NCBI GenBank assembly: GCA_965116935.1
Contig: OZ220737.1
Span: 1,011,686 to 1,075,685 of the forward strand
Direction: 5' to 3'
Source of the DNA: Pseudomonadales bacterium
Lineage (GTDB): Bacteria; Pseudomonadota; Gammaproteobacteria; Pseudomonadales; Azotimanducaceae
DNA: 64,000 nucleotides
Shown in pieces: positions 27,844 to 37,179 of the stretch. The position numbers were made by a program, and so were the translations under genes. Numbering within the stretch: the stretch's first letter is position 1; every line of letters begins with the position of its first letter. The notes under the pieces were generated by a model. That model was not told where the DNA came from. It saw nothing but the letters and a program-made list of their open reading frames with translations, and did not search any database.

Positions 27844-28893
27844 ATGAGGGCGGCGGTGATGGAGCGGGGCGCCTTGCGCGTCGAGACCTTGGACGATCCG
27901 GTTCCCGGGCGCGGCGAGGTGTTGGCCAAGTCGGTTGCCTGCGGCATTTGCGGTTCCGACCTGCACGCGGCGCGGCACACGGAGGACTTCGTCGCCACCA
28001 GCCGCGAGGCCGGCGGCGCCTTCAAGCTCACCACCTTCGATCCGGTGGTGCTTGGGCACGAGTTTTGCGCGGAGGTGGTGGGTTTCGGCCCCGGCACGGA
28101 CCGGGGCAGCATCCGGGTTGGCGACATCGTTTGTTCGGTGCCGATGCTGGCGCGTCAGCCGGCGGTTCCTGTGGGATACAGTCCGGAAGCGCCCGGCGGT
28201 TTCGCCGAATACATGCTGCTTACGGCCGAGTTGCTGCAGCGGGTGCCGTCGGGACTTCCGGCGGAACATGCGGCGCTCACCGAGCCCATGGCGGTGGGAT
28301 ACCACGCGGTGAACATGGCGCGGCTCAGCGGCGGCGAGACAACGCTGGTGATCGGTGCCGGCCCGGTGGGGCTTGCCGTGGTGGCCGCGCTCACGGCACG
28401 CCGAGCCGGTCGGGCGACGAAATCCCCCGGAGCGATCTTGGTGGCGGAGTACTCGCCCGAGCGGCGACGCATGGCAGAGAGCCTGGGCGCCGATATCGTC
28501 GTGGATCCCGCCGAGCGCTCGCCCTGGGAACTCCCGGAAATCGCCCGGCGCGACCCCATCGTCGCCTTCGAATGCGTGGGCGTGCCTGGGGTGATCGATC
28601 AGATGTTCCTGGGCGCGCCGCGGCACTCACGGCTGGTGATCGTCGGCGTCTGCCTGCAAATGGACCATGCGAGGCCGCTCATCGCCATCAACAAGGAGCT
28701 GAACGTGCAGTATGTGCTCGGCTACACCGCCGCCGAGTTTGCCGAGACTCTGCACTTGATCGCCGACGGCACCCTGCCGGCGGAGCGCATCATCAGCCAC
28801 ACCATCGGCCTCGACGGCGTTGCCGAAGCGTTCGAGACGCTGGCGACGCCGAACCAGCAAGGCAAAGTGCTGGTGGCCCCGTGGAACGCGTGA
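27844..28893 (+). CDS. Zinc-dependent medium-chain alcohol dehydrogenase family
   Basis: CGICGSDLH, GHEFCAEVV, GAGPVGL. Confidence 0.85.
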   Translation: MRAAVMERGALRVETLDDPVPGRGEVLAKSVACGICGSDLHAARHTEDFVATSREAGGAFKLTTFDPVVLGHEFCAEVVGFGPGTDRGSIRVGDIVCSVPMLARQPAVPVGYSPEAPGGFAEYMLLTAELLQRVPSGLPAEHAALTEPMAVGYHAVNMARLSGGETTLVIGAGPVGLAVVAALTARRAGRATKSPGAILVAEYSPERRRMAESLGADIVVDPAERSPWELPEIARRDPIVAFECVGVPGVIDQMFLGAPRHSRLVIVGVCLQMDHARPLIAINKELNVQYVLGYTAAEFAETLHLIADGTLPAERIISHTIGLDGVAEAFETLATPNQQGKVLVAPWNA

Positions 28894-28978
28894 ACGCCTT
28901 GCCCAAAAAATACGGCCCGTTGGAGGGAAGGCTTCAATGCCCTTCTCTCAATGCCCGTGAATTGAAGGAGAGAACGTC

Positions 28979-29410
28979 ATGATCGTCATGCTGGATCACA
29001 TCGGTGTCGTCGCGCACACCATCGAGGAGGCGATGGAGACACTCGACTCGCGCCTCGGCTTCCCCTTGGACGAGGGTGCCACGCCGCTCCCCGACGGCGC
29101 GTACTTCGCGCCAGAAGGAACCCACAACTACATGTTTCAGGTTGGCGAAGGCCAAACCCGCATCGAGGTGCTGATTCCAGCGGTAAAGGAAGCTGGCACC
29201 TGGAAATACCTGCAACGCTTCGGCCCGGGCCTGCACCATTGGGGCTTCGGCTGCGACGACGTTGCCGCCGAATCCGCCAGATTGCGCGCTCAGGGCTTGC
29301 GCCAAATCGACCTTGGCGTCGCAGACCCGAACAGCGTCTCGGCAGCTTTCTTCCACCCCAAATCCGCCGGCGGCATCCTGACGGAGCTGGTCCCCGCAAG
29401 GCGGCGTTGA
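28979..29410 (+). CDS. VOC (glyoxalase / methylmalonyl-CoA epimerase-like) family protein
   Basis: MLDHIGVVAHTIEEAM ... GLHHWGF ... FFHPKSAGGILTELV. Confidence 0.75.
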   Translation: MIVMLDHIGVVAHTIEEAMETLDSRLGFPLDEGATPLPDGAYFAPEGTHNYMFQVGEGQTRIEVLIPAVKEAGTWKYLQRFGPGLHHWGFGCDDVAAESARLRAQGLRQIDLGVADPNSVSAAFFHPKSAGGILTELVPARRR

Positions 29411-29420
29411 TCGCCGCTCC

Positions 29421-29453
29421 GTAGGGGACGGGGCGGCCTGTCCCGTCCCCTAC
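29421..29453. repeat. REP doublet (GTAG-headed palindrome) between convergent genes
   Basis: gtaggggacggg-gcggcct-gtcccgtcccctac. May also act as a bidirectional terminator hairpin. Confidence 0.8.
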
Positions 29454-29466
29454 GATGATTTCGCGA

Positions 29467-30612
29467 TCAGTCGATGAACCCGTAAAGCCGCCCCGCGTTT
29501 TCGCAGATGATCTTGCGCCGCACGCCCTCGTCCACAGCCCCAAGTTCTCTGGCGATGAACTCCTTGGAATCCGGCCAGACCCCGTCTGGATGTGGGAAGT
29601 CGCTGCCCCACATCACGTTGTCTTCGCCCAAGATGTCGAGCAAGCGGATGCCAATCGGATCGCTCTGGTAGGTGGCATAGCACTGCCGCTTCCAGTATTC
29701 AGACGGCTTCATGGTGAGGGTGAGGTCGGCGAACTGGTCTTCCCATTCGAGATCCATGTGCTCGAGGATGTAGGGAATCCAGCCGATTCCGCTCTCGCCG
29801 ATCACCAGCTTCATGCCGGGATGGGCTTCGAGCACGCCGCCGTAGATGGTCTCCATGATGATCTTCGACATGGCAAGCTGGAAGCTCGTGATGTGGACGG
29901 CGAACGCCTGCCGGCGCTGCAGTGGCGCCATGTTGCTGTAGTCGTAGTCCATGCGCGGGCCGATGGTGTGGTAGTGAACCGGCAGCCCCGCTTCCTCCGC
30001 CGCCGCCCAGAGCGGCTCCCAAGACGGATCGAACAGCGGCGCCATCTCGTGCGTGTTGGCGACCTCAATGCCGCGCAGCGCGCCGCGCGCCGCCACCCGC
30101 GTCACCTCCTGCACGGCAGCGTCCACGTCGTGGCTCGGAATGGTGGCGAGACCGGCATAGCGGTGCGGATGCGTCGCGCAGAAGCCGGCCAGCCACTCGT
30201 TGTAGATGCGCATCATCTCGTCGGCGGCTTCGTCGTCGCCGAGCCGCATGGCAGCGCCGAGAATGCCGTAGAGCACTTCGCCCTGCACGCCGTCGCGGTC
30301 TTGGTCCTTCAGGCGCAGGTCCGGTTCGGTCAGCCGCCGGATGCCCTTTGCCCCGTCCGAATACAGTCCCGTCTCCGCCATGCGATCCGAGCGGTGAATC
30401 TGCCCCGGCACATACACGCGCCCGGCCGACCCCATGCCGTTCTGTAGCCCAAACTGCCCGCCGCCACGGCTGATCCAATAGGGCCCCTTCTCCGTCTCGG
30501 CGACGTAGGGCATGCGCTCCTTGAGGTGCGCGCGCGCCTCGCTCGTGAAAAGGTCCGGCGGCAACCACGGCAGGTCGATGTGACAATCCGCCGAGATGAT
30601 CTCGTAATCCAT
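29467..30612 (-). CDS. Amidohydrolase_2 (ACMSD-like) family metal-dependent hydrolase
   Basis: MDYEIISADCHIDLPW ... VMWGSDFPHPDG are typical amidohydrolase 2 motifs. Confidence 0.8.
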   Translation of the reverse strand: MDYEIISADCHIDLPWLPPDLFTSEARAHLKERMPYVAETEKGPYWISRGGGQFGLQNGMGSAGRVYVPGQIHRSDRMAETGLYSDGAKGIRRLTEPDLRLKDQDRDGVQGEVLYGILGAAMRLGDDEAADEMMRIYNEWLAGFCATHPHRYAGLATIPSHDVDAAVQEVTRVAARGALRGIEVANTHEMAPLFDPSWEPLWAAAEEAGLPVHYHTIGPRMDYDYSNMAPLQRRQAFAVHITSFQLAMSKIIMETIYGGVLEAHPGMKLVIGESGIGWIPYILEHMDLEWEDQFADLTLTMKPSEYWKRQCYATYQSDPIGIRLLDILGEDNVMWGSDFPHPDGVWPDSKEFIARELGAVDEGVRRKIICENAGRLYGFID

Positions 30613-30679
30613 GGCAGCCCCTCCTCGTCACCTTTGGGCACCGCTCCATTGTGGCGCGAAATCCGCCCAAGGTCACCCA

Positions 30680-31310
30680 TCCGGCGGAGTACGCACGTAG
30701 GGGCGGGGCTCGTCCCCGCCCGTGTCGAACGCACCGGATGGACTCGACGGAGGACGCACGTAGGGGCGGGGCTTGTCCCCGCCCGTGTTGAACGCACCGG
30801 ATGGACTCGGCGGAGTACGCACGTAGGGGCGGGGCTTGTCCCCGCCCGTGTTGAACGCACCGGATGGACTCGGCGGAGTACGCACGTAGGGGCGGGGCTT
30901 GTCCCCGCCCGTGTTGAACGCACCGGATGGACTCGGCGGAAGACGCACGTAGGGGCGGGGCTTGTCCCCGCCCGTGTTGAACGCACCGGATGGACTCGGC
31001 GGAAGACGCACGTAGGGGCGGGGCTTGTCCCCGCCCGTGTCGAACGCACCGGATGGACTCGGCGGAGTACGCACGTAGGGGCGGGGCTTGTCCCCGCCCG
31101 TGTTGAACGCACCGGATGGACTCGGCGGAGTACGCACGTAGGGGCGGGGCTTGTCCCCGCCCGTGTTGAACGCACCGGATGGATTCGACGGAAGACGCAC
31201 GTAGGGGCGGGGCTTGTCCCCGCCCGTATCGAATGCATCGACAGATTCGGCACGGGACGGGACAAGCCCGTCCCCTACGAAGAAAGCCCGTGTTGAACGC
31301 ACCGATGGAC
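30680..31310. repeat. Tandem array of 63-bp units (9 copies) each carrying a GTAG-type REP hairpin, capped by an inverted variant
   Basis: gtaggggcgggg recurs at 30697 + 63k for k = 0..8. Each unit holds gggcgggg-cttgt-ccccgccc. An inverted gggacggg..cccgtcccctac lies at 31254-31278. The array sits in the divergent region between the amidohydrolase and acyl-CoA dehydrogenase genes. Confidence 0.95.
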
Positions 31311-31419
31311 CCGGGACGGGACTCGCCCGCAAGGGCGCGCCGGCACTTGCCGTGCACGGGGCAAGCCGACAAACTGTAGGCACTTGAGAACACGGGATCG
31401 AGCCAGGGAGGGTTGCAGC

Positions 31420-32583
31420 ATGTCGTTTCGCAGCGAAGTGCGGGAGTGGCTTGACGAGAACTGTCCGGAGAGCTGCCGCGGGCCCGGCGTGGTGCCCGGC
31501 GGCGGCACCGTCGCACCGATGACGGAGGATCAGAAGCTCTGGATCGAGCTCTGCGCCGATCGGGGCTTCACCGTGCCGACCTGGCCGAAGGAATACGGCG
31601 GCGCGGAACTCGGCAAGGAGGAGTACGTCACCCTGCTGCAAGAGATGCGCGACCTCGAGGTGCGGGCGCCGGTGTCCGGCATGGGCACCATCATGATCGG
31701 CCCGACCCTGCTCGAATACGGCACCCCGGAACAGAAGGCGCGCCACCTGCCGCGCATCGCCCGCGGCGAGGTGTGGTGGTGCCAGGGCTATTCGGAACCC
31801 TCGTCCGGCTCCGACCTCGCGAGCCTGCGCACCCGCGCCGAGGACGCTGGCGACCACTTCGTCATCAACGGCCAGAAGATCTGGACTTCCGGCGCGCAGT
31901 TCGCCGACTGGATCTTCTGCCTCGTGCGTACCGACCCCGACGTGCCGAAGCACGAGGGCATCAGCTTCCTGCTCTTCTCCATGCACCAGCCTGGGGTGAC
32001 GGTGAAGCCGATTCGCCTCATTTCCGGCGCATCGCCCTTCAACGAGACTTTCTTCGACAACGCCATCGCCCAGAAGGATGACCTCGTCGGCGGCCTGAAC
32101 CGAGGCTGGACAGTGGCCAAGCGGTTGCTGCAGCACGAGCGCTCCGGTATCGGCTCGCTCGCCTCCGGCGACAACCGCGAGTCTGGCCCGGAACTGCACG
32201 AACTCGCGCGCGACTACGTGGGCCACGACGACGGCCGCATCAGCGATCCGAACCTGCGCGAAGACCTCGCCCGCCACAACATCGACGCCACCGCCTTCCG
32301 TCTCACCCAGCGCCGCACGGTGGAGGAGTCGCAAGGCAACACGCCGGGCCCGGCCACGTCGATCTTCAAGTACTACGGCGCGAACCTGCGCAAGGAACGC
32401 GCGGAGATGCAGGTGTCGATGATGGGCACCCAAGGCATCGGCTGGGAAGGCGAACACATCACGGGCGACGAACAGGAAACCACCCGCCAATGGCTCGCCG
32501 GCAAGGCCGGCTCCATCGCCGGTGGCAGCAACGAAGTGCAACTCAACATCATCGCCAAGCGCGTGCTGGGCCTGCCGGACTAG
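31420..32583 (+). CDS. Acyl-CoA dehydrogenase family protein
   Basis: Start at MSFRSEV. WCQGYSEPSSGSDLASL, INGQKIWTSGA, GGSNEVQLNIIAKRVLGL. Confidence 0.88.
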   Translation: MSFRSEVREWLDENCPESCRGPGVVPGGGTVAPMTEDQKLWIELCADRGFTVPTWPKEYGGAELGKEEYVTLLQEMRDLEVRAPVSGMGTIMIGPTLLEYGTPEQKARHLPRIARGEVWWCQGYSEPSSGSDLASLRTRAEDAGDHFVINGQKIWTSGAQFADWIFCLVRTDPDVPKHEGISFLLFSMHQPGVTVKPIRLISGASPFNETFFDNAIAQKDDLVGGLNRGWTVAKRLLQHERSGIGSLASGDNRESGPELHELARDYVGHDDGRISDPNLREDLARHNIDATAFRLTQRRTVEESQGNTPGPATSIFKYYGANLRKERAEMQVSMMGTQGIGWEGEHITGDEQETTRQWLAGKAGSIAGGSNEVQLNIIAKRVLGLPD

Positions 32584-32864
32584 GAGCGTGCGCCGTAGAA
32601 GGCCACGCAGTGGCACTCTGCGGCGCTAGCGGACCACGTCGAGGAAGCCGCAGGAGCGTTCTTTCAACTCCCCCTAGGCGGGGAGGGATGCCTCGCCCAG
32701 CTGCACATCCACCGCCAAGGGCGTCGCGGCCATCCCCCGCTTGAAGGGGATCCGCGTTCGGCATCACTGGGGCGTAGGAGGCCCATCCTTGGCCAAGCCG
32801 ATACCCTGCCAGCAAGCGGGTAGTATTCCCCGGCCTCTCCAGCGAACCGCACGACGGAGACCCC

Positions 32865-33293
32865 ATGAGCGATTCCCCCTTCAGCTTCGACCACATCCAC
32901 CTCATCAGCGAGGACGCCGCCGCCGCAGCGCGCTGGTATGAGGACATCTTCGGCGCCACTATCGCCGCCGAGTTCGAGCTGCGAGGAGCGCCGCAGATTG
33001 CGGTCCGCCTCGCCGGAATGACGCTCCTCATCCGGGGCCGGCGTCCGGGCGAGGAGCCAGCAACGCCGCGACCCATCCGTCACTTCGAGGCCTATTCCAG
33101 CCACGACGAGTGGGGCACCGATCACTTCGGCTTCAAGTATCACGGCGATCTCAAGGCGTTTTGCGAAGAGATCCGCAACCGCGGCGCCACCTTCTCCGTG
33201 GAACCGTGGGAGTTTTCGCCAGGCTCCCTCATCTGCTACGTCGCAGCTCCAGATGGCGTGAGCATCGAGCTGGTCGAGGCCAAGCCGGCCTGA
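32865..33293 (+). CDS. VOC / glyoxalase family protein
   Basis: [24 protein letters not shown] ... GTDHFGF ... [11 protein letters not shown]. Confidence 0.7.
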   Translation: MSDSPFSFDHIHLISEDAAAAARWYEDIFGATIAAEFELRGAPQIAVRLAGMTLLIRGRRPGEEPATPRPIRHFEAYSSHDEWGTDHFGFKYHGDLKAFCEEIRNRGATFSVEPWEFSPGSLICYVAAPDGVSIELVEAKPA

Positions 33294-33307
33294 AGGCACC
33301 GAAGACC

Positions 33308-33916
33308 ATGCTCCTGATGATCGACAACTACGATTCGTTCACCTACAACGTGGTGCAGTATCTGGGCGAACTCGGCGCCGACGTGACCGTGCATCGCAAC
33401 GACGAGATCACGGTGCGCGAAATCGAACGCATGGCGCCGTCGAAGATCGTCATATCGCCCGGCCCCTGCACCCCCAACGAGGCCGGCATCTCCATGCAGG
33501 TGGTGGAAGCCTTCGGCCGCGACATCCCCACCTTGGGGATTTGCCTCGGCCACCAGAGCATCGGCCAGGTGTTCGGCGCCACCGTGACGCGGGCGCAGAA
33601 CGTGATGCACGGCAAGCTGAGCGACATCCACCACACCGGCCAGGGCGTCTTCGATGGTCTGCCCCCGGCATTCCCCGCTACCCGCTACCACTCCCTGATC
33701 GTCAAGGACCTCCCAGACTGCCTGGAACAGACCGCTTGGACCTTGGACGAAGAAGGCAACCAAGACGAAGTGATGGGCCTACGCCACCGCGAGTTCCCCA
33801 TCGAAGGCGTCCAGTTCCACCCAGAGTCCATCAAGACCCCAACCGGCCACCAACTGCTGGGGAACTTCCTCCAAACCAGCTCCGCCAACACACCTCCGCA
33901 GAAGGAGCGCGCCTGA
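33308..33916 (+). CDS. trpG: Anthranilate/aminodeoxychorismate synthase component II (glutamine amidotransferase)
   Basis: [47 protein letters not shown]. Confidence 0.92.
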   Translation: MLLMIDNYDSFTYNVVQYLGELGADVTVHRNDEITVREIERMAPSKIVISPGPCTPNEAGISMQVVEAFGRDIPTLGICLGHQSIGQVFGATVTRAQNVMHGKLSDIHHTGQGVFDGLPPAFPATRYHSLIVKDLPDCLEQTAWTLDEEGNQDEVMGLRHREFPIEGVQFHPESIKTPTGHQLLGNFLQTSSANTPPQKERA

Positions 33917-34170
33917 CGGCGCGATGGAGGGCGGGACGCCCTCCCTCCGAGGGCACGGCAGGGGGGACCCTCCCTCAAGGTCCGCGCAGAGTCGTCGCGG
34001 GCGCTGGCTGGTCGCGTCCTCGGAGGGAGGGCGTCCCGCCCTCCATCGCGCCGCCAGGCGCGCTTTCCTTGCGTTCCGAGTCGTCGCGGGCGCTGGCTGG
34101 TCGTGCCTTCGGAGGGAGGGCGTCCCGCCCTCCATCGCGCCGCCAGGCGCGCCGTCCTTGCCTCCCGCGG
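33917..34170. repeat. Cluster of REP-like palindromes (ggagggcgggacgccctcc family) between trpG and trpD
   Basis: cgatggagggcgggacgccctccctccga at 33921-33950. Inverted copies lie at 34021-34050 and 34109-34140. An ~90-bp unit is duplicated in tandem. Confidence 0.85.
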
Positions 34171-34214
34171 CAGGCACGTAGAATGGCTGCCGTGTGCGAG
34201 AGAAGCGCGAACCC

Positions 34215-35243
34215 ATGAACGTCCAAGATGCCCTGCAGATCCTCGTAACCGGCGAGCCACTGACGCAGGCCCAAGCCACCGCCGTCTTCGACCTCATCCT
34301 GACCGGCGAAGCCACGCCCGCCCAGGTCGGCGGCATCCTCACCGCCCTTGCCACCCGGGGCGAGACTGCCGAGGAAATCGCCGGCGCCGCCACCGCCATG
34401 CGCGTCGTTTCCACCAAGGTGGAGGTGGATGTGCCGAACCTCGTGGACACGTGCGGCACGGGCGGCAGCGGCGGGGCGAAGCGCTTCAACATCTCCACCG
34501 CCGCGGCCTTCGTGACCGCCGCCGCCGGCGCTCACGTCGCCAAGCACGGCAATCGCGGCATGACCAGCAAGAGCGGCAGCGCCGATGTGCTCGAAGCCGC
34601 TGGCGTGCAGCTTGAACTCACCCCCGACCAAGTGGGCCGCTGCATCTCGGAAGTGGGCGTCGGCTTCCTGTTCGCCGTGGCGCACCATCCCGCCATGCGC
34701 TTCGCCGGCCCGGTGCGGCGCGAACTCGGCTTTCGCACCATCTTCAACCTGCTCGGCCCCCTCACCAATCCCGCCGGCGCCAAGCGCCAGGTGATCGGCG
34801 TTTTCTCCACCGAATGGATGCGGCCGCTCGCCGAAGTGCTGCGCCTGCTCGGTGCCGAGCACGTCCTCGTCGTCCATTCCGATGGCTTGGACGAGCTGTC
34901 CATCCACGCCGACTCGCACGTCACGGAACTGAAGAACGGAACGATCCAGACTCGCGACATCCTGCCGAGCGACTTCGGCATCCGCGAGCGTCCCATCGAC
35001 GACCTGGCCGCCAACTCCCCGGAAGAAAGCCTCGCCCTCGTCCGCGCCGCGCTCACGGGCCGGAACGAAGCCGCCGCCGACATCGTGGCGCTCAACGCCG
35101 GCGCCGCCATCTACGCCGCCGGAGTTGCGACCACCATGGCGAACGGCGTGACCCTCGCCCAAGACCTCATCAGCACAGGACTCGCCAACGAACGCCTCAA
35201 GGAACTCGTGGACGTGACGCAGGCGATGGCCGCATCGGCGTGA
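34215..35243 (+). CDS. trpD: Anthranilate phosphoribosyltransferase
   Basis: Start at MNVQDAL. DTCGTGGSG, KHGNRGMTSKSGSADVLEA. Confidence 0.92.
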   Translation: MNVQDALQILVTGEPLTQAQATAVFDLILTGEATPAQVGGILTALATRGETAEEIAGAATAMRVVSTKVEVDVPNLVDTCGTGGSGGAKRFNISTAAAFVTAAAGAHVAKHGNRGMTSKSGSADVLEAAGVQLELTPDQVGRCISEVGVGFLFAVAHHPAMRFAGPVRRELGFRTIFNLLGPLTNPAGAKRQVIGVFSTEWMRPLAEVLRLLGAEHVLVVHSDGLDELSIHADSHVTELKNGTIQTRDILPSDFGIRERPIDDLAANSPEESLALVRAALTGRNEAAADIVALNAGAAIYAAGVATTMANGVTLAQDLISTGLANERLKELVDVTQAMAASA

Positions 35244-36046
35244 CCTCCCCCGACACGCCGGACATCCTCCGCCGCATCCTCGAGCACAAGCGCGCCGAAG
35301 TGGACGAACGCAAGGCGAGCTGCCCGCTCGCCGCCCTTCGCGCCAAGCTCGAGTCATTGCCACCGCCGCGAGGGTTTCGCGAGGCGCTCATCGACAGGGC
35401 CGTTGCCGGCAACCCTGCCGTCATCGCCGAAATCAAGAAGGCTTCCCCCAGCGAAGGCGTGATCCGCGAGCCCTTCGATCCACCCGCCATCGCCGCCTCC
35501 TACGCTGGCGCCGGCGCCGCCTGCCTGTCGGTCCTCACCGACGAACGCTTCTTCCAAGGCAACGACAGCTTCCTCCCCGCCGCCTGCGAAGCCTCGGGCC
35601 TGCCCGCCCTGCGCAAGGACTTCATCGTCGACCCCTGGCAAATCCCCGAGTCCCGTGCCTTGGGCGCAGACTGCGTGCTCCTCATCGCCGCCGCCCTCAC
35701 GGATGCGGAACTCACCGACTGCCACGCCCTCGCCACAGAACTTGGCATGGACGCCTTGGTGGAAGTCCACGACCGCACCGAACTCGACCGCGCCCTCAGC
35801 CTCGACGCGCCCTTGATCGGCATCAACAACCGCAACCTGCACACCTTCGAGACTCGCCTCGAAACCACCTTGGAGCTCCGCCCCCACGTGCCGTCTCACG
35901 TCACCCTCGTGACCGAAAGCGGCATTCACAGCCGAGAAGACATCGCCCTCATGCGCACAGCCAACGTCCACGCCTTCCTCGTCGGCACTGCCTTCATGCG
36001 CGAGGAAGACCCCGGCCAAGCCCTCTCACGCCTCTTCGACAACTAG
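35240..36046 (+). CDS. trpC: Indole-3-glycerol phosphate synthase
   Basis: GTGA overlap with the trpD stop. ILRRILEHKRAEV, VIAEIKKASPSEGVIR, LRKDFIVDPWQI, IGINNRNL. Confidence 0.9.
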   Translation: MTSPDTPDILRRILEHKRAEVDERKASCPLAALRAKLESLPPPRGFREALIDRAVAGNPAVIAEIKKASPSEGVIREPFDPPAIAASYAGAGAACLSVLTDERFFQGNDSFLPAACEASGLPALRKDFIVDPWQIPESRALGADCVLLIAAALTDAELTDCHALATELGMDALVEVHDRTELDRALSLDAPLIGINNRNLHTFETRLETTLELRPHVPSHVTLVTESGIHSREDIALMRTANVHAFLVGTAFMREEDPGQALSRLFDN

Positions 36047-36077
36047 CATGCTGTCGGACTTCCCAGCGGGACGGCCT

Positions 36078-36187
36078 CCGGAGGGAAGGCATTCTGCCTT
36101 CCCGATGCGCCGACAGGCGCATCTCGGCAAACGAGGGGTCACCGCGCCTGTCGGCACGCCAAGCAAGGCAAAATGCCCTCCCTCCGC
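36078..36187. repeat. Nested palindromic REP-like element (ggagggaaggcattctgccttccc family)
   Basis: Same family at 52886-52975 and 62177-62300. Outer arms are ggagggaaggca../..tgccctccctcc and the inner hairpin is cgccgacaggcg../..cgcctgtcggc. Confidence 0.85.
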
Positions 36188-36213
36188 AGGGCACACGCCC
36201 ACGTTACGCTGTG

Positions 36214-36405
36214 ACGTTGCGACCGCGCCTCGGACGCTGGCGCGCCCGGTGGAGTCCGGCTATGATGCGGAAGTCACCGGGGGCGCGGCAGTAGAGGCGA
36301 CCGCACACGGCCTGTTCCGTGAGTCCTCGCGCCCGAACCGATGCAGGCTCTCGGTTCAGAACCGGTGACTCAATCCCCGCTCTTGGCGTAGATCAGCCGG
36401 CCTCG
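36214..36405. ncRNA. Candidate structured non-coding element, copy A (family unknown)
   Basis: Aligns with 50382-50590 in the same orientation. Helices are preserved by compensatory changes (see findings). A 2-nt indel rules out a shared reading frame. Strand of any transcript is undetermined. Confidence 0.45.
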
Positions 36406-36476
36406 CCGGACCCTGTTGACGGCGCTGCGGGGGCGACGCCGGCATGGGCTAACCCACAAGCCACACCGGAGCCAAC

Positions 36477-37106
36477 ATGAAAGTCCTCGTCATCGGCGCC
36501 AACGGCAACACCGCCACGCGCCTCGTCCGCCGCCTCGCCGAAGGCGCACACGATCCCATCGCCATGATCCGCCACCCCGGCCAGCGCCCGAAGTTCGACG
36601 ACCTCGGCGTGCCCACAGTCCTCGCCGACCTCGAATACCCCATCGACCACGCCGTGGCCGGCTGCGATGCCGTGATCTTCGCCGCCGGGTCCGGCGGCCA
36701 CACCGGCAAGGACAAGACGGTGCTGGTGGATCAACTCGGCGCCATCCGCTCGATGGTGGCCGCCCAGGTGGCTGGCGTCGGGCGCTACATCATGCTGAGT
36801 TCCATCGGCAACGACATCCACAGCACCTCACCCATCGCCCACTACCACAAGGCCAAGGCCCACGCCGACAACCACCTCATGGAAACCGACCTCGACTACA
36901 CCATCGTCTGCCCCGGCGGCCTCACCGACGACGAAGGCACAGGCAAAGTGGCCATCAGCCAAGACCTCCATGGCCGCGGCCTGACTTCCCGCGAAAATCT
37001 CGCTGAAACGCTGGCCCTGTGCCTCGACCACGAAAACACCATCGGCAAGCGCTTCAGCCTCCTCGACGGCGAAACACCACTCGCCGAGGCATTGCGCGGC
37101 GTGTAA
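36477..37106 (+). CDS. NAD(P)H-binding atypical SDR (YhfK/NmrA-like)
   Basis: MKVLVIGANGNTATRLV (Rossmann GxxGxxG) ... YHKAKAHAD. Confidence 0.75.
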   Translation: MKVLVIGANGNTATRLVRRLAEGAHDPIAMIRHPGQRPKFDDLGVPTVLADLEYPIDHAVAGCDAVIFAAGSGGHTGKDKTVLVDQLGAIRSMVAAQVAGVGRYIMLSSIGNDIHSTSPIAHYHKAKAHADNHLMETDLDYTIVCPGGLTDDEGTGKVAISQDLHGRGLTSRENLAETLALCLDHENTIGKRFSLLDGETPLAEALRGV

Positions 37107-37179
37107 TCACCCGAAGGCAGCGAAGCGCGACTGCCAAGGGGAGGGGCTTGGGGCGAGGGCATCTTGCAGGAGTTCGGCC

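Noticed and set aside
22757-28626. Long minus-strand ORFs 22757..24064 (435 aa), 24371..25423 (350 aa) and 26386..28626 (746 aa)
   Set aside because: They are antisense to the receiver-PP2C, SBP, histidine kinase and dehydrogenase genes. They have no motifs and show the typical GC-rich shadow composition.
30680-31310. Possibility that the 63-bp periodic array is a second CRISPR array
   Set aside because: The whole 63-bp unit repeats with only point differences. There are no unique spacers, so it is a tandem repeat of REP-like units and not repeat-spacer architecture.
30065-32616. Long ORFs (483, 311, 256 aa and the N-terminal half of a 647-aa ORF) crossing 30680-31310
   Set aside because: They are produced by the stop-free 63-bp tandem repeat (periodic peptides such as GRGQAPPLRA.SAESIRCVQH). 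The 647-aa ORF is otherwise antisense to the acyl-CoA dehydrogenase gene.
33975-36019. Minus-strand ORFs 33975..35363 (462 aa) and 35354..36019 (221 aa), plus the + strand ORF 34814..36046 N-terminal extension
   Set aside because: They are antisense to, or out of frame with, trpD and trpC. The trpC start was moved to GTG 35240, which overlaps the trpD stop.
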